Part shown: in pieces, positions 1 to 13,233 of the stretch
Layout of the letters: each line of letters begins with the position of its first letter
Position numbering within the stretch: position 1 is the stretch's first letter
DNA from: Botryllus schlosseri
Taxonomy: Eukaryota
Assembly (NCBI GenBank): GCA_051294905.1
Contig: CM119372.1
Span: forward strand, 17,920,001-17,984,000
Reading direction: 5' to 3'
Length of the DNA: 64,000 nucleotides
The notes under the pieces: model-generated
What the model was told of the DNA's origin: nothing
What the model saw: the letters and a program-made list of their open reading frames with translations, nothing else
The model's database searches: none
Translations under genes and position numbers: made by a program

Positions 1-2730
1 ATATGATCGGTAACCCTTGATAAGTATACTTGGTCGTCTCGACCATCTATTTGTGTGATGATTTGAGTTATCCGCGCCGGTGAGTTTGAAAAGTAACAAA
101 CCCTCCTTTTCTCCTGATCCCGACTAATATACCTGGCTTATATTTAGCACTGTCAACATTACAGCCTAGATCCTGTTTCTTATTTCAATAGGCTTGCGTC
201 GCCAAAACATGTGACGCTGTGAGATTTTTTTCTTTTTGCTATAAACCCGACCGTGACGCGTCCTCTCTGGTGAAGTCTTTGCTTCGGTTACGAACAAGAA
301 CAATTATAAATTTCGATCGCTGCGTTGCAACGCGCATGGGCGAGCGGAATTGGCGTAGAAAGGCACGAAAATTCATCTTGATACATTAAAATATTGCGAC
401 TGTAGTTCGTTCATTGACTGAAATTGTCCTCTGGGCTGGATGATGTGGTATGCTTCAGGCATCGTTGTTCTTCGTTAGCACTTGGCAGACGTCTGTGGCT
501 TGAATAAATTACGATTCCTTCACATTCTGATTCCTTTGTATCTTCACAACACTTACCTATTAACAATGTTCTTGACTCCCAATTATGAATTTTGCAAAGG
601 TGAACTCCTTGTTATTACGAAACCAACGGGCGTTGTGGAGGTGACGTAGCCCTCGTCAAAAAATTTTCGCCTGGTGTTCTGTAAGGCTTTCTATACTGGA
701 ACGAAGGTATATATTGTATGCACCACTTTTTTGCGTGTGCGTTCGTGGCTTCGGCGATAATGCGGTTATACACATTCTATTACAATTCCATACTCGATGC
801 GAGAAAACGGTTTTAACCGGGATTCAGATATAAGCGTATAAGATCAAATCATCAATGCTCCAAGATGCGACCTTGGATATCGATACCATTTCGTCCGGAA
901 TCGTGCATAGGATTTTGATACGGATCCGTGAAATCCTTCAGCGCCGCCACGATAATCATTCGACACGCCTGCGAACAAACAGTGCCTCGCTCCTAGCAAA
1001 TTTGTGGTACGGCACACATCTTATATCATATTTTTATGCTTCTATCATCTGTCCAACAGATTTGCACAATCCGACTGTTGGATCGGTAGCCGTAATCTGT
1101 CTTCACGGGAATGAACAGTGCCATATTGACATTGCGTGCTCTGCTCGAATTATACCCACGGTGCGTTTGATTGATGGTATTTGGCAAGTCGTTTCGACTC
1201 CGTTCTATATTTCGATTGTATCGCACCGATGTAGTAGTTTCGACAGATGAAAACGATATGATACGCTTGCGACATAATTAACCTGGTATTCGTGTTGGCT
1301 ACGATGAAGCTACTAATTTCGCAGTACCAAAGTGTTATGATGTTTTGTCTGGGCACGTGTGATGCGATTCACACCCACGATTCAGCAGTCAGACGGACAC
1401 GGACAACGGACATGCTGATGGTGATAACGAAACACTGTGGGCGGTGCTATCTGCCAAAACGATAGATGCCGATTCATTAATCATATTTGACGGCAGACCG
1501 ATCAATCATTCTTGAACAGTTTCTGTCGGGCTGCTTTCTAACTACTTCCAAGTGGAGCTTCTCTACTTGCAATGCTTCCGCTTCTGAAGTCAAATTACCT
1601 GAGTACTTAAAATAGGTAGAAGTAGGCCTACGCTCTGCAGTTTGCCGAGTAGATAATAATTGTTATAATTTTTGGGTACATCGGCATAAGCAATCGGGGT
1701 CCATGTGCTTGATTGGGTGCTTGCGCTTTTTACTTCTGCTCGAAATGTTTTAGGCCTGTTTCGGAAACTCTACTGCTGCTGTGCTTCTGCTGTTGCAGCA
1801 CGCCACATTCACTGGTCACCAGCAAGTAATCTGCAGATATATTTTTGATAGGTTTCATTTTGTTACTACAGGTCAAGGCGGGATTTGGATTGGTTGTTGG
1901 CTCTTTTCTTTTCCTTACAATTATTGTAGTGTTGTGAATGATTATGAGATATCCATGTCCACCCAGGGATATGTAATAATAATAGATATGCTCGGTATCT
2001 GGATTCCATTGCTCTTCAGTGTTCACTATTCACCCTTGCAGCTTTCCAGTTAGCCACGTTCCTTACAAGATCGTCAATTTTCCGCGTAGCGTGTGCTCAC
2101 TGCTCAGACTGGTATCAGGACGTAACGGAAACTTACTGGTAACATTGAAAGTCTTCATCAGCGTGAAATTGCATTAATAATAATGAATCTCATGCGCGAT
2201 CAGCAATCAACGCTACGCTTACGCTGCATATAGCCCATCGCTGTGCAAGGTCTGCTGAATGTCAGCGGAGCATGAGCTGTAAGAAGGGTTACCATACACA
2301 ATGTTCAGAAGACGCACACGAAGGTAACAAACAGGAACGTTCCGACAAAACATGGTCGTCCACCCCTTGTGGAGTCGGCGGCAAACGGCCACCGGAAACA
2401 TATCAATAGAATTCAATCATGATTCAATCGTTTCGGTGTTATTGGTTGTGATCGTGCAGGGTCACGCTACGGTGCAGAGCGATTTTCGCGGTAGTGTGTT
2501 ATTTCATGATTGTAATTGTGACGTCACCACGGACGTTGCTCTGTTATTCACCCACACCGCCACACGCCACCAATATTTCATATCTGCATTTTCCCTACAC
2601 CACCAGCCCTTGGCCCTGATTTTGTGGAGTCCGAAGTTATCACAGTCACAATCACAGTCCAGGCCATATTTCGTTCAACTCTGGGTAGATGTAGATTTTG
2701 CTTTTGAATAGTATATTCATATTGAAATGA

Positions 2731-2764
2731 ACCCGAATATTTTCGGCTGACACTCGTCAGGGGT
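2731..2764 (-). ncRNA. Minimal type I hammerhead ribozyme (Penelope pLTR type), stem II degenerate
   Basis: Minus strand reads ACCC-CTGACGA-GTGTCAGCC-GAAA-ATAT-TC-GGGT: stem I ACCC/GGGT, core CUGANGA and GAAA, palindromic stem III (A-ATAT-U), cleavage UH = UC. Confidence 0.7.
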
Positions 2765-2865
2765 AATCGTCAGCAACTAGTAGAGAATTCGAAAGAACAG
2801 CGTATATCAACAATCGTAACACAAAATATGACGTCACCAGCACGAAATGTCGAATACGAGAGCGT

Positions 2866-3288
2866 TCAATGTACTATTTTTAGATGATACGCGAACTCTT
2901 TTTGTTGACACAGCCTTGGCTGGTGTATTTTGATAAAAGTCGACTCCAAGGCACACAAATGAAAGTGTGAGCGACCCTTTCCCAGTATGCGAAATCTGTC
3001 GTCTCGATAATCTTTCGCACAGGCGGGATTATCCAACAAGTGTTTGCCAATCTTGAGCGGGTGAGTTAAGGGTGAGCTTTTCACCGAGCGTGTTCTAGAT
3101 TTTGCTTTGTAAGCTATAGTGTGAATCCTATTCCTTGTTCTAACGGTATTCATCAGATAACACGGTAAGTCATTTCCTAACGAAGGTTGCAACCTTACGA
3201 ATAAGCGAGCGTCCCTTTGTGTGGTGTTGTTGTTTACAAGCGATTTCGTTGCGTAATTTCGTGACGGGGTGGTCATGAAGGCAAACAT
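2866..3288 (-). mobile_element. Penelope-like retroelement remnant (C-terminal part of the GIY-YIG endonuclease; reverse transcriptase not seen)
   Basis: ORF ends IGKHLLDNPACAKDYRDDRFRILGKGRSHFHLCALESTFIKIHQPRLCQQKEFAYHL, matching the C-terminal PLE endonuclease pattern (HL..N..C...Y....F.IL...R..FHL..LE..FI....P.LC.QKEF). A hammerhead motif lies ~100 bp downstream on the same strand. Confidence 0.8.
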
Positions 3289-6274
3289 TTCGCAACATGC
3301 CGTATCGTCAATATTTTGTTTACGTCTTGCGTAACGTTTGCTCTTTCGCCGCGCCTACTTAAGCTCAAACCGGCCTCGTCATCGATAAATCGCAATTATG
3401 CCGGTATACTGCCGGTAACGACAATGCCATTCGTGGGAGTAGTCAGCTTCTTTGCAGGCCGTCACTCCTACGACAAATATTGTACCGCAAACGTTATCCA
3501 TCTGCTTCTTTGTCGGCGTGACATACTTATTGAGGATACAGAACATGAGTCGACAAATGTTTGCGAAGACTGCGATCTGCCAGGCGACGTAAACAACCTT
3601 CGGTTCCAAAATTCAAAGTTTTCGCCGGGTTACAATGTGGCAATATTTAACGCCGCTTTTAATGTAGGACACTTGTTGAAAATCCGTACAATATCTATAA
3701 ATGCGTTGCGTGACTGTGAAACACGACTGACGACTAGCACATGATGTAGTGAGTGACCTTTTTAGGTCGCTTGTGAAGATGCATGATACAGGAGTACTTT
3801 TAGCGTCATATTGTCTTAACTCACTTCACAGTCGGGTGGAATGGCACGAAGCGCTTCACAAATAACTCTTGTGACTCCGGAGTATATCGTTTTCTTATGT
3901 CATTGACACAAGAAAGTATTTCCATCTGGATGACGCCTCGAGAAAATACCTTTAGGGACATATGCTGTTTCCATAGCAGAGATTTGGGTCCTGCTTACTA
4001 GAAATGCATATTTTCGGACTTATCCAGCCTCGAAATACAGAATGTCGTTAGGCTCTGCCATTATTTCTCAGCGGTGCGATAACGTTTCGTATATGGGGCA
4101 CAAGAAGATTAATAGCTTTCATATCGATACATAGATGTTATATCGAATGCATCCAGTTTGTGGGTCGTAAGCAGACTGCACTTATAGATATATTCGAATT
4201 TGCGTGCTCGATTAAAAAGAGCGATATTATTGATATCCCTCCCTGTCGCTGTCCCCACCCATCCCCATTCCCTGTGGAATATTAGCAAACCGATGCCCGA
4301 ATTTACCGTTTTATGTTCCCGCTAGTGTACTGACTCAAAGTTGAAGATCGTTTCTATAACTGGCACCAGTGGCACCTTGTTGGTATTTCTTTGCCGAACT
4401 TTATAAAATTATTCACACGCAAACCCACAAACCTCCAAACGTAGGTAGGTAGACACGCCTCGTTGTATCTTAATATTGGGTTGTATAGCGGTCTCGTCGC
4501 TCGTCGAAGCGCACGTCATTTCTACAGTCATATTGCATGCGTTCGTTCGTACATCGGCCATAAGCGCACTGGGCATAAATATACCATTGGAATACGCAAC
4601 GTAAAACTGTTACTGCGAACGATACTTTTATCTCATGTCTATATGTTTAGAATTTGCGAAAAACGTGTAGTGTTTTCACGTAACTTGTAGAACCGCTTCA
4701 TTTCGCCTGCAGGCTGATATAATCGTATGTATTTTGTATATCCTAAGTCCTAGATGACATTCACAAATCAATATATTGGAAGTTGCGGAACGCTAACTTG
4801 TCTGGGAAAATTTCGTTGTACGGCGTGCACAAATGGGATTAATATTGCTTGTTTACATCTATATCGTACATTTGCAACAATCTAACTATCACAGTCAGCG
4901 CATCACAACTTCACAAGGTGTGATTTTTCACGCCCTCTTGCTAGGTTCAGCTCGTACCTAGTGGTCATAAGTCAGCCAAACCACCAACGGCATGAAACTG
5001 ATGATAGCTATTGCCAAGTAGACTGGGATAGCGGGTGCTCAGTGCTCAATGCTCATTCTGCATATAATCTCTACTCACCCACGCTGTTTTTGTGCATATA
5101 GATTATGTATTCTGTCGGTGTTGGGATGAGTCGAGTGACGTTTTTCGACAGATTCGACTTGGCTGAGTCACCACCCTAATCGACCGGACATGAATCGTGC
5201 GGCGCCAAATTATCGTGTCAATTAGCAAGTCATTGAATATTCTACACAGTAAAGCATTCCGAAATTCCCAGCCGCTTCGTGAAGTAGCCACGTCATCCAG
5301 AGCAAGCAGAGCTCTGAATAGCATACTCCATACGACATACCGTTGACGCTTATGACGGAGCAATGGTGAGGTGACGTTGACCAAGATATCGCGTTGCCGT
5401 GTGACGATGTAAAATTCTATCACAACAGATTTACATCCGCGATTATTCTATCAAAGGTTATTATTCCACCCTGGATTAGTTCGCCTTGTCCTCGGCGTGA
5501 CATCGCTTTTCTTTGATACCGCGCGCCGACCACCGGTAAAGCACGTCTCTGCCACGCGTTGCAAAGCTTGCATCAGCTGTTCGCGGGGGAGAAAGTCACT
5601 TTTCCCATGAAAGTAATAGCTATGCGTCGATGCGACTTGGTTAACGTGTTGTACGAGATTTGCCGAACGTAACTTGAAATCATGAGCACACGCTAGGCAA
5701 CATCTCGTCTCTGTATTCGCGAGCAGTTAAGGTTCGATTTTTGGCTGGTTTCTGTGTGAAACAGCAATAGTCATTGGTAGCCTGTTTAAACAATCTGATG
5801 CATCTCACTAGTAAAATTAATTTAGAATTTCTCCTCTTTGTTTATTCCTGCATAATTTTGTTAGCAATCATAGAATAGTATCGAAAACAACTCTTTCATA
5901 GACCAAAACCTAGTCGAAAGCTATTTAAATTCAGCATGCTTCCTTTGTTGCGATCTGTTTTTGCCACGGCGGCCGATAGTTTGATTGATACACTTCCCGT
6001 TCTAGTTGTTTCAACTTTCCCGATCCTTTCATTGCATTGAAACAGTATTTTGAATTTATAAAACTATTGCCATTACAAATGAACGAAGCGAATTAGCACA
6101 TTTCCTGTCCATCACTTTAACTTTGCGGGCGCGTTACGCCTTCAGATGCTCTCGACTAGAAAGAGAAAGAGACTGTTTTTCAGTAAACACACAAGTATGA
6201 AAGTCAGTACATAATCCCGGGCATCAGTAGAACCGCCACAATGGTGATGAAGCCTTGGCACCCATATTCAATAT

Positions 6275-6498
6275 CGGAGGTGGTCAAAGTAGTCATTGGT
6301 GGTTACTGGTCATCTATTATAAGAAGTAACATCGTAAATTTCTACTACTCAAGTGCAGGCCTAGTTTTGCCTAAAAAAATGAAAACTGTTAAGCCGAGGC
6401 AGTCTAAAATCATGAACACTTGAGTCAGAAGTGCGAGTAAGCAAAACCTACTTGAGTAGTCCGAAAAAGTAGAAGTATTTCGTCACTGAGCACCTCTG
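6275..6498. mobile_element. MITE, CAGAGGTGGTCA-TIR family (probably hAT-derived)
   Basis: Ends CGGAGGTGGTCA...TGAGCACCTCTG with an AGTAG/CTACT-rich interior. Related copies at 11513-11774, ~16426-16633 and 36548-37527, and a fragment at ~7098. Confidence 0.65.
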
Positions 6499-6595
6499 TC
6501 CAATAGATATTCAGAAACGATAGATATTCTTATCGCAGTATTTTGTCTCGACTGCTATGTTTAAATAAATAACGCGTCGCTGTTTCGTCACACAG

Positions 6596-9500
6596 GTACG
6601 CTTACAACGAGCTCTACAACTCCGCCATCATCACCCCGGTCGACGAAGACGAACATTACCAAAAGGAAGATGACAAGATCAAGCGAGATTTCCGTACGGA
6701 CACGGGTTTTGTTTACCCCGGTGTCAAAACCAGCCTCTTATCTAACGTTCACCCGCAACGCCCCACGGAGGCCAGAGCGGACGAGTTGAAATTCCAATGG
6801 CGCGAAAACACGCTCCACGGTCACGTGCTCAAACCCACGCTGAATAGGGAATCTTGGGGGTACGTTACATGTTGTTGTTGTTGTTGACGCAGGCGTCGGT
6901 GTTTAAGTGATCGGGTATTTCGTTTTACAGTTGGAAATCTCGCCATCAGGATTTAAATCTTTACGAGAAACCGGATCCGGAGTTCAGCAAGGACCCGCTG
7001 AGCATTCATTTTCCGGGCGTGAAGGCTATGGAAGAAGTGTTGGAGTTTCAGAGGTATAACGAACGCGCTTTCTCTAGAAATATCACTCTGCCGAATGCAG
7101 AGGTGGTCACAAACGTAGTAATTCTACTTTTTCAAACATCGCTGCAAGTACAACAAGAAAGTATCCAGTAATTCCATTTATCCAATATAACGAGTTGCGT
7201 TGATTCGTATTTTATTTCGTACTTGTTATGGTCACGCGTGGAATAACTTGTCTGTTTCCACTGTTATCACGAGTCGCCGTGCGTCAATGCGAAACCCGGA
7301 TGAGGTAGATATGACAAAGTCACGTGACCACAGTCTTCAAGTATCTCGTGCTAATCGAGTGTCGGGGAATCTACAAACATTAGAGAGACTGAATTTACAT
7401 CCTGGCTGTAGCGTGCCCCTGCTAAAGTATGTGAGAGTGAGACTGTGTTTGTCCGGAATTTCAACTGCTCCGGATATTTACCTCTTGCCGACACATTTAG
7501 TTTCGTGGTTTCCGTACCTCCGTGCTGATAAAAGGTCAAACATGTGGATATGGATCGATAGGCTTTTATCATTCACTGCGTGCACCGCGCACTGATTAGC
7601 TATACTCTGTCCTATACATGTATAATTCCATATCTTCTATGATGTAATCATGTGTTGCTATAACGCCATTCTAACTCCAGATAAACAAATACAACCGTAT
7701 CGTCGCACCGACGTCAGCGCTTCAGCCGTAAGCGTTTGATGTTTGGACTCCAAGCACCCGGATATTCCCGTATTGCGGCAAACACGAGAAAATACTGTCA
7801 AAATCGCTGAGGCTTCGGTCACGTGATGCCGTGTGTTTTGATATATTTAATCGCTCTCAGTTCTACTTGATTCTCTACGAAAGTCACTTTTGGGGTCGGA
7901 TTTGATAGAATAGCCGGCAGATTATTAGCCGCATCCACCAGCAGAACGTGCATTTCTGGTTTCAAATACACTGCAAATAGATGGAGGTGGATCGGTCTAT
8001 TTACCAAATTTCCACATAGCGTAGGGTGAAAATCAGACCATCGGCACTTTGTAGTAAACCATAAAGTGCCGTTTACCGAATTTCCAACCTACGCTGTGGT
8101 GGAAGTCGACGAAATATACACGATTTTCGTTTGCGACGTGCTAGATGAGAGCGCTTTCGATTCAGACGGGACGAAGAAACTTGGAATTCGAAAATCGTGG
8201 TCGGCAGCAAAGACATGAAGTTCCACAGCGTCGGCAGCAGAACGGAACAGGAAGCCGTGTCGAAGCAAGTCGACATCCTCGGAAATATACTCAAAGACAA
8301 CCCTGCCAAGATCGCACTGCGTTACAATCCGCCGAGATTACCCGCGCTGTCCGTGGTAGGCACAGCTTTGACTTTCGTACGGCCATTACCGTAAATACGG
8401 ATATTGCAATTCGAAATTTGAAGATGAAATAGATAATGTGACGTAAGAGTCGTATAAAAACACCAACGAGAGAATTCACAAAATGAGAGCGTTGAGCAAT
8501 TACCCCAATACAAATTGGCTATAGAATAATATAATAGAAGTAACAGCGTAAATTTATATTCAATTGCAAGTAGAAGTATAGCGATTTTCAAGACATGTCT
8601 AAACCTATTCAGGTGGAACTAGAAAATTTATGGTATGACAAGCGATCAAGTAAGTATAGTTTCAGAAAGTAGGTTTAGTCGAAGGGTCGCAGCATACTTT
8701 TAGCGGTTTATCCGAGGTTGCAGGATGGTTAGAATCTTCGAAGATATTTTTCCCATTTCACGCTGTTCTTGAGGTGATTTCACTCATGAAAGTGTTGCAA
8801 AGTTATCCCAAAATCACGTGTATGTATTGCGAACAGCCGTGCCTAAATCCGATATCATATTGTCCTTTTAATGGTATCTTATCTGCGCAAAAAGTGTCCT
8901 AACGTTGTGTCGACGAACCGTGTCAGGCGCAGTACAGCGTTATCTCTGTAACATGAGTCGTCCGTACTTTAAATATTGCATAAGCTCGGATAAACTCAAG
9001 ATCGAAGGAGGCATAATTAACATGGCTCTTCAGGTATTTGAATTTATATATTGGGAAACATATCAATTCACACATTAACACGGGATATACGAGGAAACGA
9101 GGCCGTATCATTTTCGCATGTAAATAGATTAACTTTATATTAAGGTCGAATTGCGAATGGCCTATAAATATTACTGTCAATACCGTCCAGTGACTAAAGG
9201 CCATTTCTATGATCACGGTATCAACAAAAAACACGACACGATCACTGTTTGCGATATCTCGGATTTATTTGCTCATGCCACTTGTGGGTGTTTGCATTGA
9301 GGCTCGATTATGTTCCGTGTTGATTGAATTATCATTTAAGGAGTCCGTCGACTTGTACTATGATCGGCCTGCGATGTTTACGTGTTTGGCTTGAAGCTCT
9401 CGCGAATAGCCTAAACGCAGTCAACGCGACTAGCCTTGTTGGCTTACGGCGTATCGTTACGAGTTGCCGGCTCATTGGTGCTCAAAAGGCCGGTTTTGGT

Positions 9501-12082
9501 AATCGACCCAATTACGTTTGCGCGCTGCAAGGCTTCGCGAAAACGACCTTTGGACCGCTGCAATTCGCATACCCTGCTCGGAAATCAAAGCTCTCACCTT
9601 CTGCTATTTGCGCTTATAACGTTTGTAGAAATACGCGCCTTGTGAACAACAGCGAAGCACTTCTACTATGTCGGATTTTTCAAGTAAATATTTCGTACTT
9701 GCACTAACTATACCAGAGTGATTATGTTTTTGGACTACTTGCACTTCTACTCAACAGCATATTTTTCACTTTTTATTTTGCAAAATAGAGAGTTTTAGAA
9801 TACGTTTGCGTGACCTTTTATTCGTGCAGTTATGGCAACTGGCGAAATTTAGCCACCGTATCGCGGAGACTTGGCATATAACCTACGCCACGAGAACATG
9901 GTTAAAATTTCGTTAAAACTATTCAGAGTTAATGCTAATTGCGGCCCACTCGCATTTTTGTTCCGGATTGATCCGGATATCGAGGTCAAAGGTTAATGCG
10001 TCACGCCGTTGTCTTTCAGGTGTCGTACCCAGAAGTGGACCGCGACGCCAGGGAGGCCGGGAAGGCTCCGCCTCCCGGAATGTCCAGAAATGTCCGCACG
10101 CCTGTTCGGCCCTTGCAGCCGGGCCCGTACAACGAGTACAGCTTGAAGATGTACAAAAACCACATCCCGATACGGGACCCCCAGCATGGAAAATTCCACG
10201 TACTGCGCGGAACTGATTTCACGTGAGTGATGGATCGTACGTTATTACATGATGTGCTGCGTTGATGTGTCATTTCTATGATTTAGATTTAATTTTGTCT
10301 GCGTCGTGGTATGCACTGCGGTGATGGATCGTATGTCTTTCGTTACATTGATACATCCATTTTTATAATGTAGCGTTCGTCCGCATTGTTATCGTGATTT
10401 GCTACAGATTCGTGCGATATAAAAAGCTCAGCGTTCCTATTTTGCATGTCGTTTATTGTTTCGTAACCCGGCGGTACATGCCCTGCACACGCCCTTCGTA
10501 CATGCCCTGCTCACGCTTTCGCTCCAATCGATAAAATATCGAATCATGTATTGTGATATACATACCGTATATAGGTCAGCGGTCAGCCTATGTCTGTGCA
10601 AGTGTGTACTAACGGAAAATAGCCAATTTTTTTGCACCGAGTCCGATTGCATTAACAGCCCATTGTAGGCTTGTGTTATTGCTGCATCTTTAAAATGGAC
10701 TTTTGCGACGAGCCTTTTGTTACAATACGATGCTTCGATTTCGATTGACGCCAAATCAGATTGGTAATGAGATCCTTGCGATCTACATTGCACAAGTAAT
10801 GCAGGAAGATGTGTAATGTGTTATACGCATTTGCAGTAATGCGCCTTCGGTGATACGTCCCGCCTTTGTCTGTCATAACGTTTTGACTTTCATACCGTTT
10901 TGACTTTTGGGTGTCCTCTGAAAAGAGGGCGTATGGTAACCCTAGCTTTACGACACCCGCTATTTTGCAGCACTTTCTTGAAAGACAGAGAGTATTTATG
11001 GCGAAGGAAGATTCATCCTCTTCAAAGTCACGAGAGAGACAGCGAATACTTTACCCACGCCCAGCCGCCGGCAGCGCCGAAGAAAAAAGGCTGCGATGCT
11101 CCTGTTCCGGCGCAGGTTTGTGAAAACATAATGCAATCTTACGCAAATATCGAACGCCGCATACGCGTGTTTTTGTGTGAAGCCTGCTGGAAGGAAATCG
11201 TATTGTCATTGTCTGCGAGTTGACGCACTGTATTTCTGCATGTTACGTCACAAGGTCGCGTAGCTAGTTTCAGTGGAAACGGTCGTATTTCCTCAAGAGT
11301 ACAGAGGAAGTAATTCCCAAACACCAAATGATTTGTCATATTCCACATTATACCGGTAACGAATCCATCCGATTGGCCCGAATAAATTAACTTGCTTCGC
11401 ATTCTATTTCGTCGAATTTGCACAATGCACTTTATCTATGCATCCGCCGTACGAGATAAGTTATCCTGCACAACGTACGTCCCTAAATACTACTGCGACA
11501 ATATCTTGTGATCAGAGGTGGTCAAATTAGTCATCGTTAGTAGTCAAGTAGTAGTAGAAATTTACAAGTCACGTCAAAACTTCCTAAGTGGAAGTAGAAA
11601 GTAAAGTTCTAAAAAGTACGCGAGTTTCAAAAGGTCGATTTTGGTCGAGTGGTGTCATAAATTTCGCCGTTAATCTGATATTTCAATTTCCGAAATAGTT
11701 TCGACAGATCTATGAAATCTCTACTTCTACTTGTAATCCAGTATATATTTACGCCGTTACTTTGACCCCCTCTGCCAAACTCACTAAATTCTTACAGGAC
11801 GAGCCCGAACTTCGTGAGAAGCGAAGCGAATACAGACTGCGCTACTTGCCCGCGATGGAAGCGTTGCGGCGGTCGCCTATTATGCCCAAGCATCAACTGG
11901 ACAGCCTCAGTAATCTGCTCGACAAGGACGCGAGCATCGACCTGATAGACACTGCCGCGAACGTGGAGCAATTTTTGAAAGCCCGCAAGAGCGGTGTCGG
12001 CCTCGCTGACAGCGAGACTGTGGTCAAGGACGACGTGCAGATTGTGAATCCTGTCCGTCGCGTGAATTCCGTTGCTTCGTAA
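6596..12082 (+). CDS. CFAP92: CFAP92/KIAA1257-like ciliary protein, 3' exons only: 6596-6859, 6931-7053, 8166-8355, 10020-10222, 10971-11115, 11798-12082 (possible alternative last exon 12293-12313)
   Basis: Six exons with AG/GT boundaries and compatible phases give one open frame. The segment YAYNELYNSAIITPVD...GFVYPG...ELKFQWRENTLHGHVLKPTLNRESWGWKSRHQDLNLYEKP resembles the conserved C-terminal block of CFAP92 (recognised from memory, no search run). 5' exons were not found in the window. Confidence 0.75.
11513..11774. mobile_element. MITE, CAGAGGTGGTCA-TIR family, in a CFAP92 intron
   Basis: CAGAGGTGGTCAAA...TTTGACCCCCTCTG terminal inverted repeats; interior like the 6275 copy. Confidence 0.65.
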
Positions 12083-13233
12083 TTATGTGCGATGATTTTT
12101 GCCACTGTGTGCACTTAGTTGGATTAACAATATGAAGGTAACGCTCAGTTGAGCGTGATATTTACATGATGGTATCGCGTTGTTCAGATGTGATACGGTG
12201 ACCACTGTATGGTCGCCGAGTTTAGCGGCAGACAGAGATAGATTTATTTCTGTAGGCATATTGCTGATTGCGTTTTGCTTCGTCTTGCTCAGGAACTCAT
12301 TTCAGTTAGCTAGCAGGGACGATATCCTATTCTAATCAAGGCCGTGCGTGATCAAATACCGCAATCTGCTCCTGTTCGTGCTCAGTCTACTTCCCGTCAG
12401 GCGAATTTTACTGTTTCGTTACCGATATTTACACACGTTTGGATCAGTGAAGCCATATAGCGTCAGCTGATACTGCGGTCGGCCCTCGGTCAGTTGCGAA
12501 AGCACGAGCTCACGTCGCTATTATTTGCGGACTGAATCCATCTAGTCACGAAGGCTGCTGACGCGGCAGTTGAAGTTCGTCTCATCAGACATATGACTGG
12601 CTTGTAATTGTACCAGCGAACTCGCTGTACACAGCGTTACCATCATTCTGATGAATGAAACCGAAAGTAACGCTGTTTCATTAGTTATTACATCTGTCGC
12701 TAGCAATATCCGTGGAGGTATCTTTCTATGCAACTGAGTGCCGAGTACAATACCGTCTCGTCACGCAACGCCGGTTCGCGCCAAAACAACTCGCCGGACG
12801 ACATCAACAGCTGATCCCACAAGTACCCAACAACCACTCGCCACTGTTTACTTCCCGAGCGCAGGCCGGGCCCTCGTTAAGAGTTTACGCAATAGTAGTC
12901 TATCACCGCTCATATTTAACAAGGCGCGACGCAATAAAGCGATCAGACTGCCTATCCCGGTGACGACGCACTTTCACCCAACAAAAGCGACAACTCCACT
13001 TCCTTACACGCCTTTATACTTGCAAATCTTGTTGGTAATAATTGACAGGCATAACCAAATACAAATTCAAACGAAAGGACGGTAAGACGTAACTGGCAAC
13101 CCACAGGGTTGGCTCAAAATAGATAAAGGCCTGTTCAACGACGGTCGAGAAATCGTACACAACCGCCCGGTAATTGTGTGATAGTAAGAATAAATGGAGT
13201 GTTTTGGAGGTAAACGTGGTAGCGGTAGACAAT

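Noticed and set aside
855..2711. ORFs of 60-131 aa listed in the track
   Set aside because: No recognisable domain or splice chain; covered only as part of the decayed-tract hypothesis.
8042..8071. 9-bp stem hairpin CGGCACTTT...AAAGTGCCG
   Set aside because: Short, intronic, with no flanking duplication or other supporting context.
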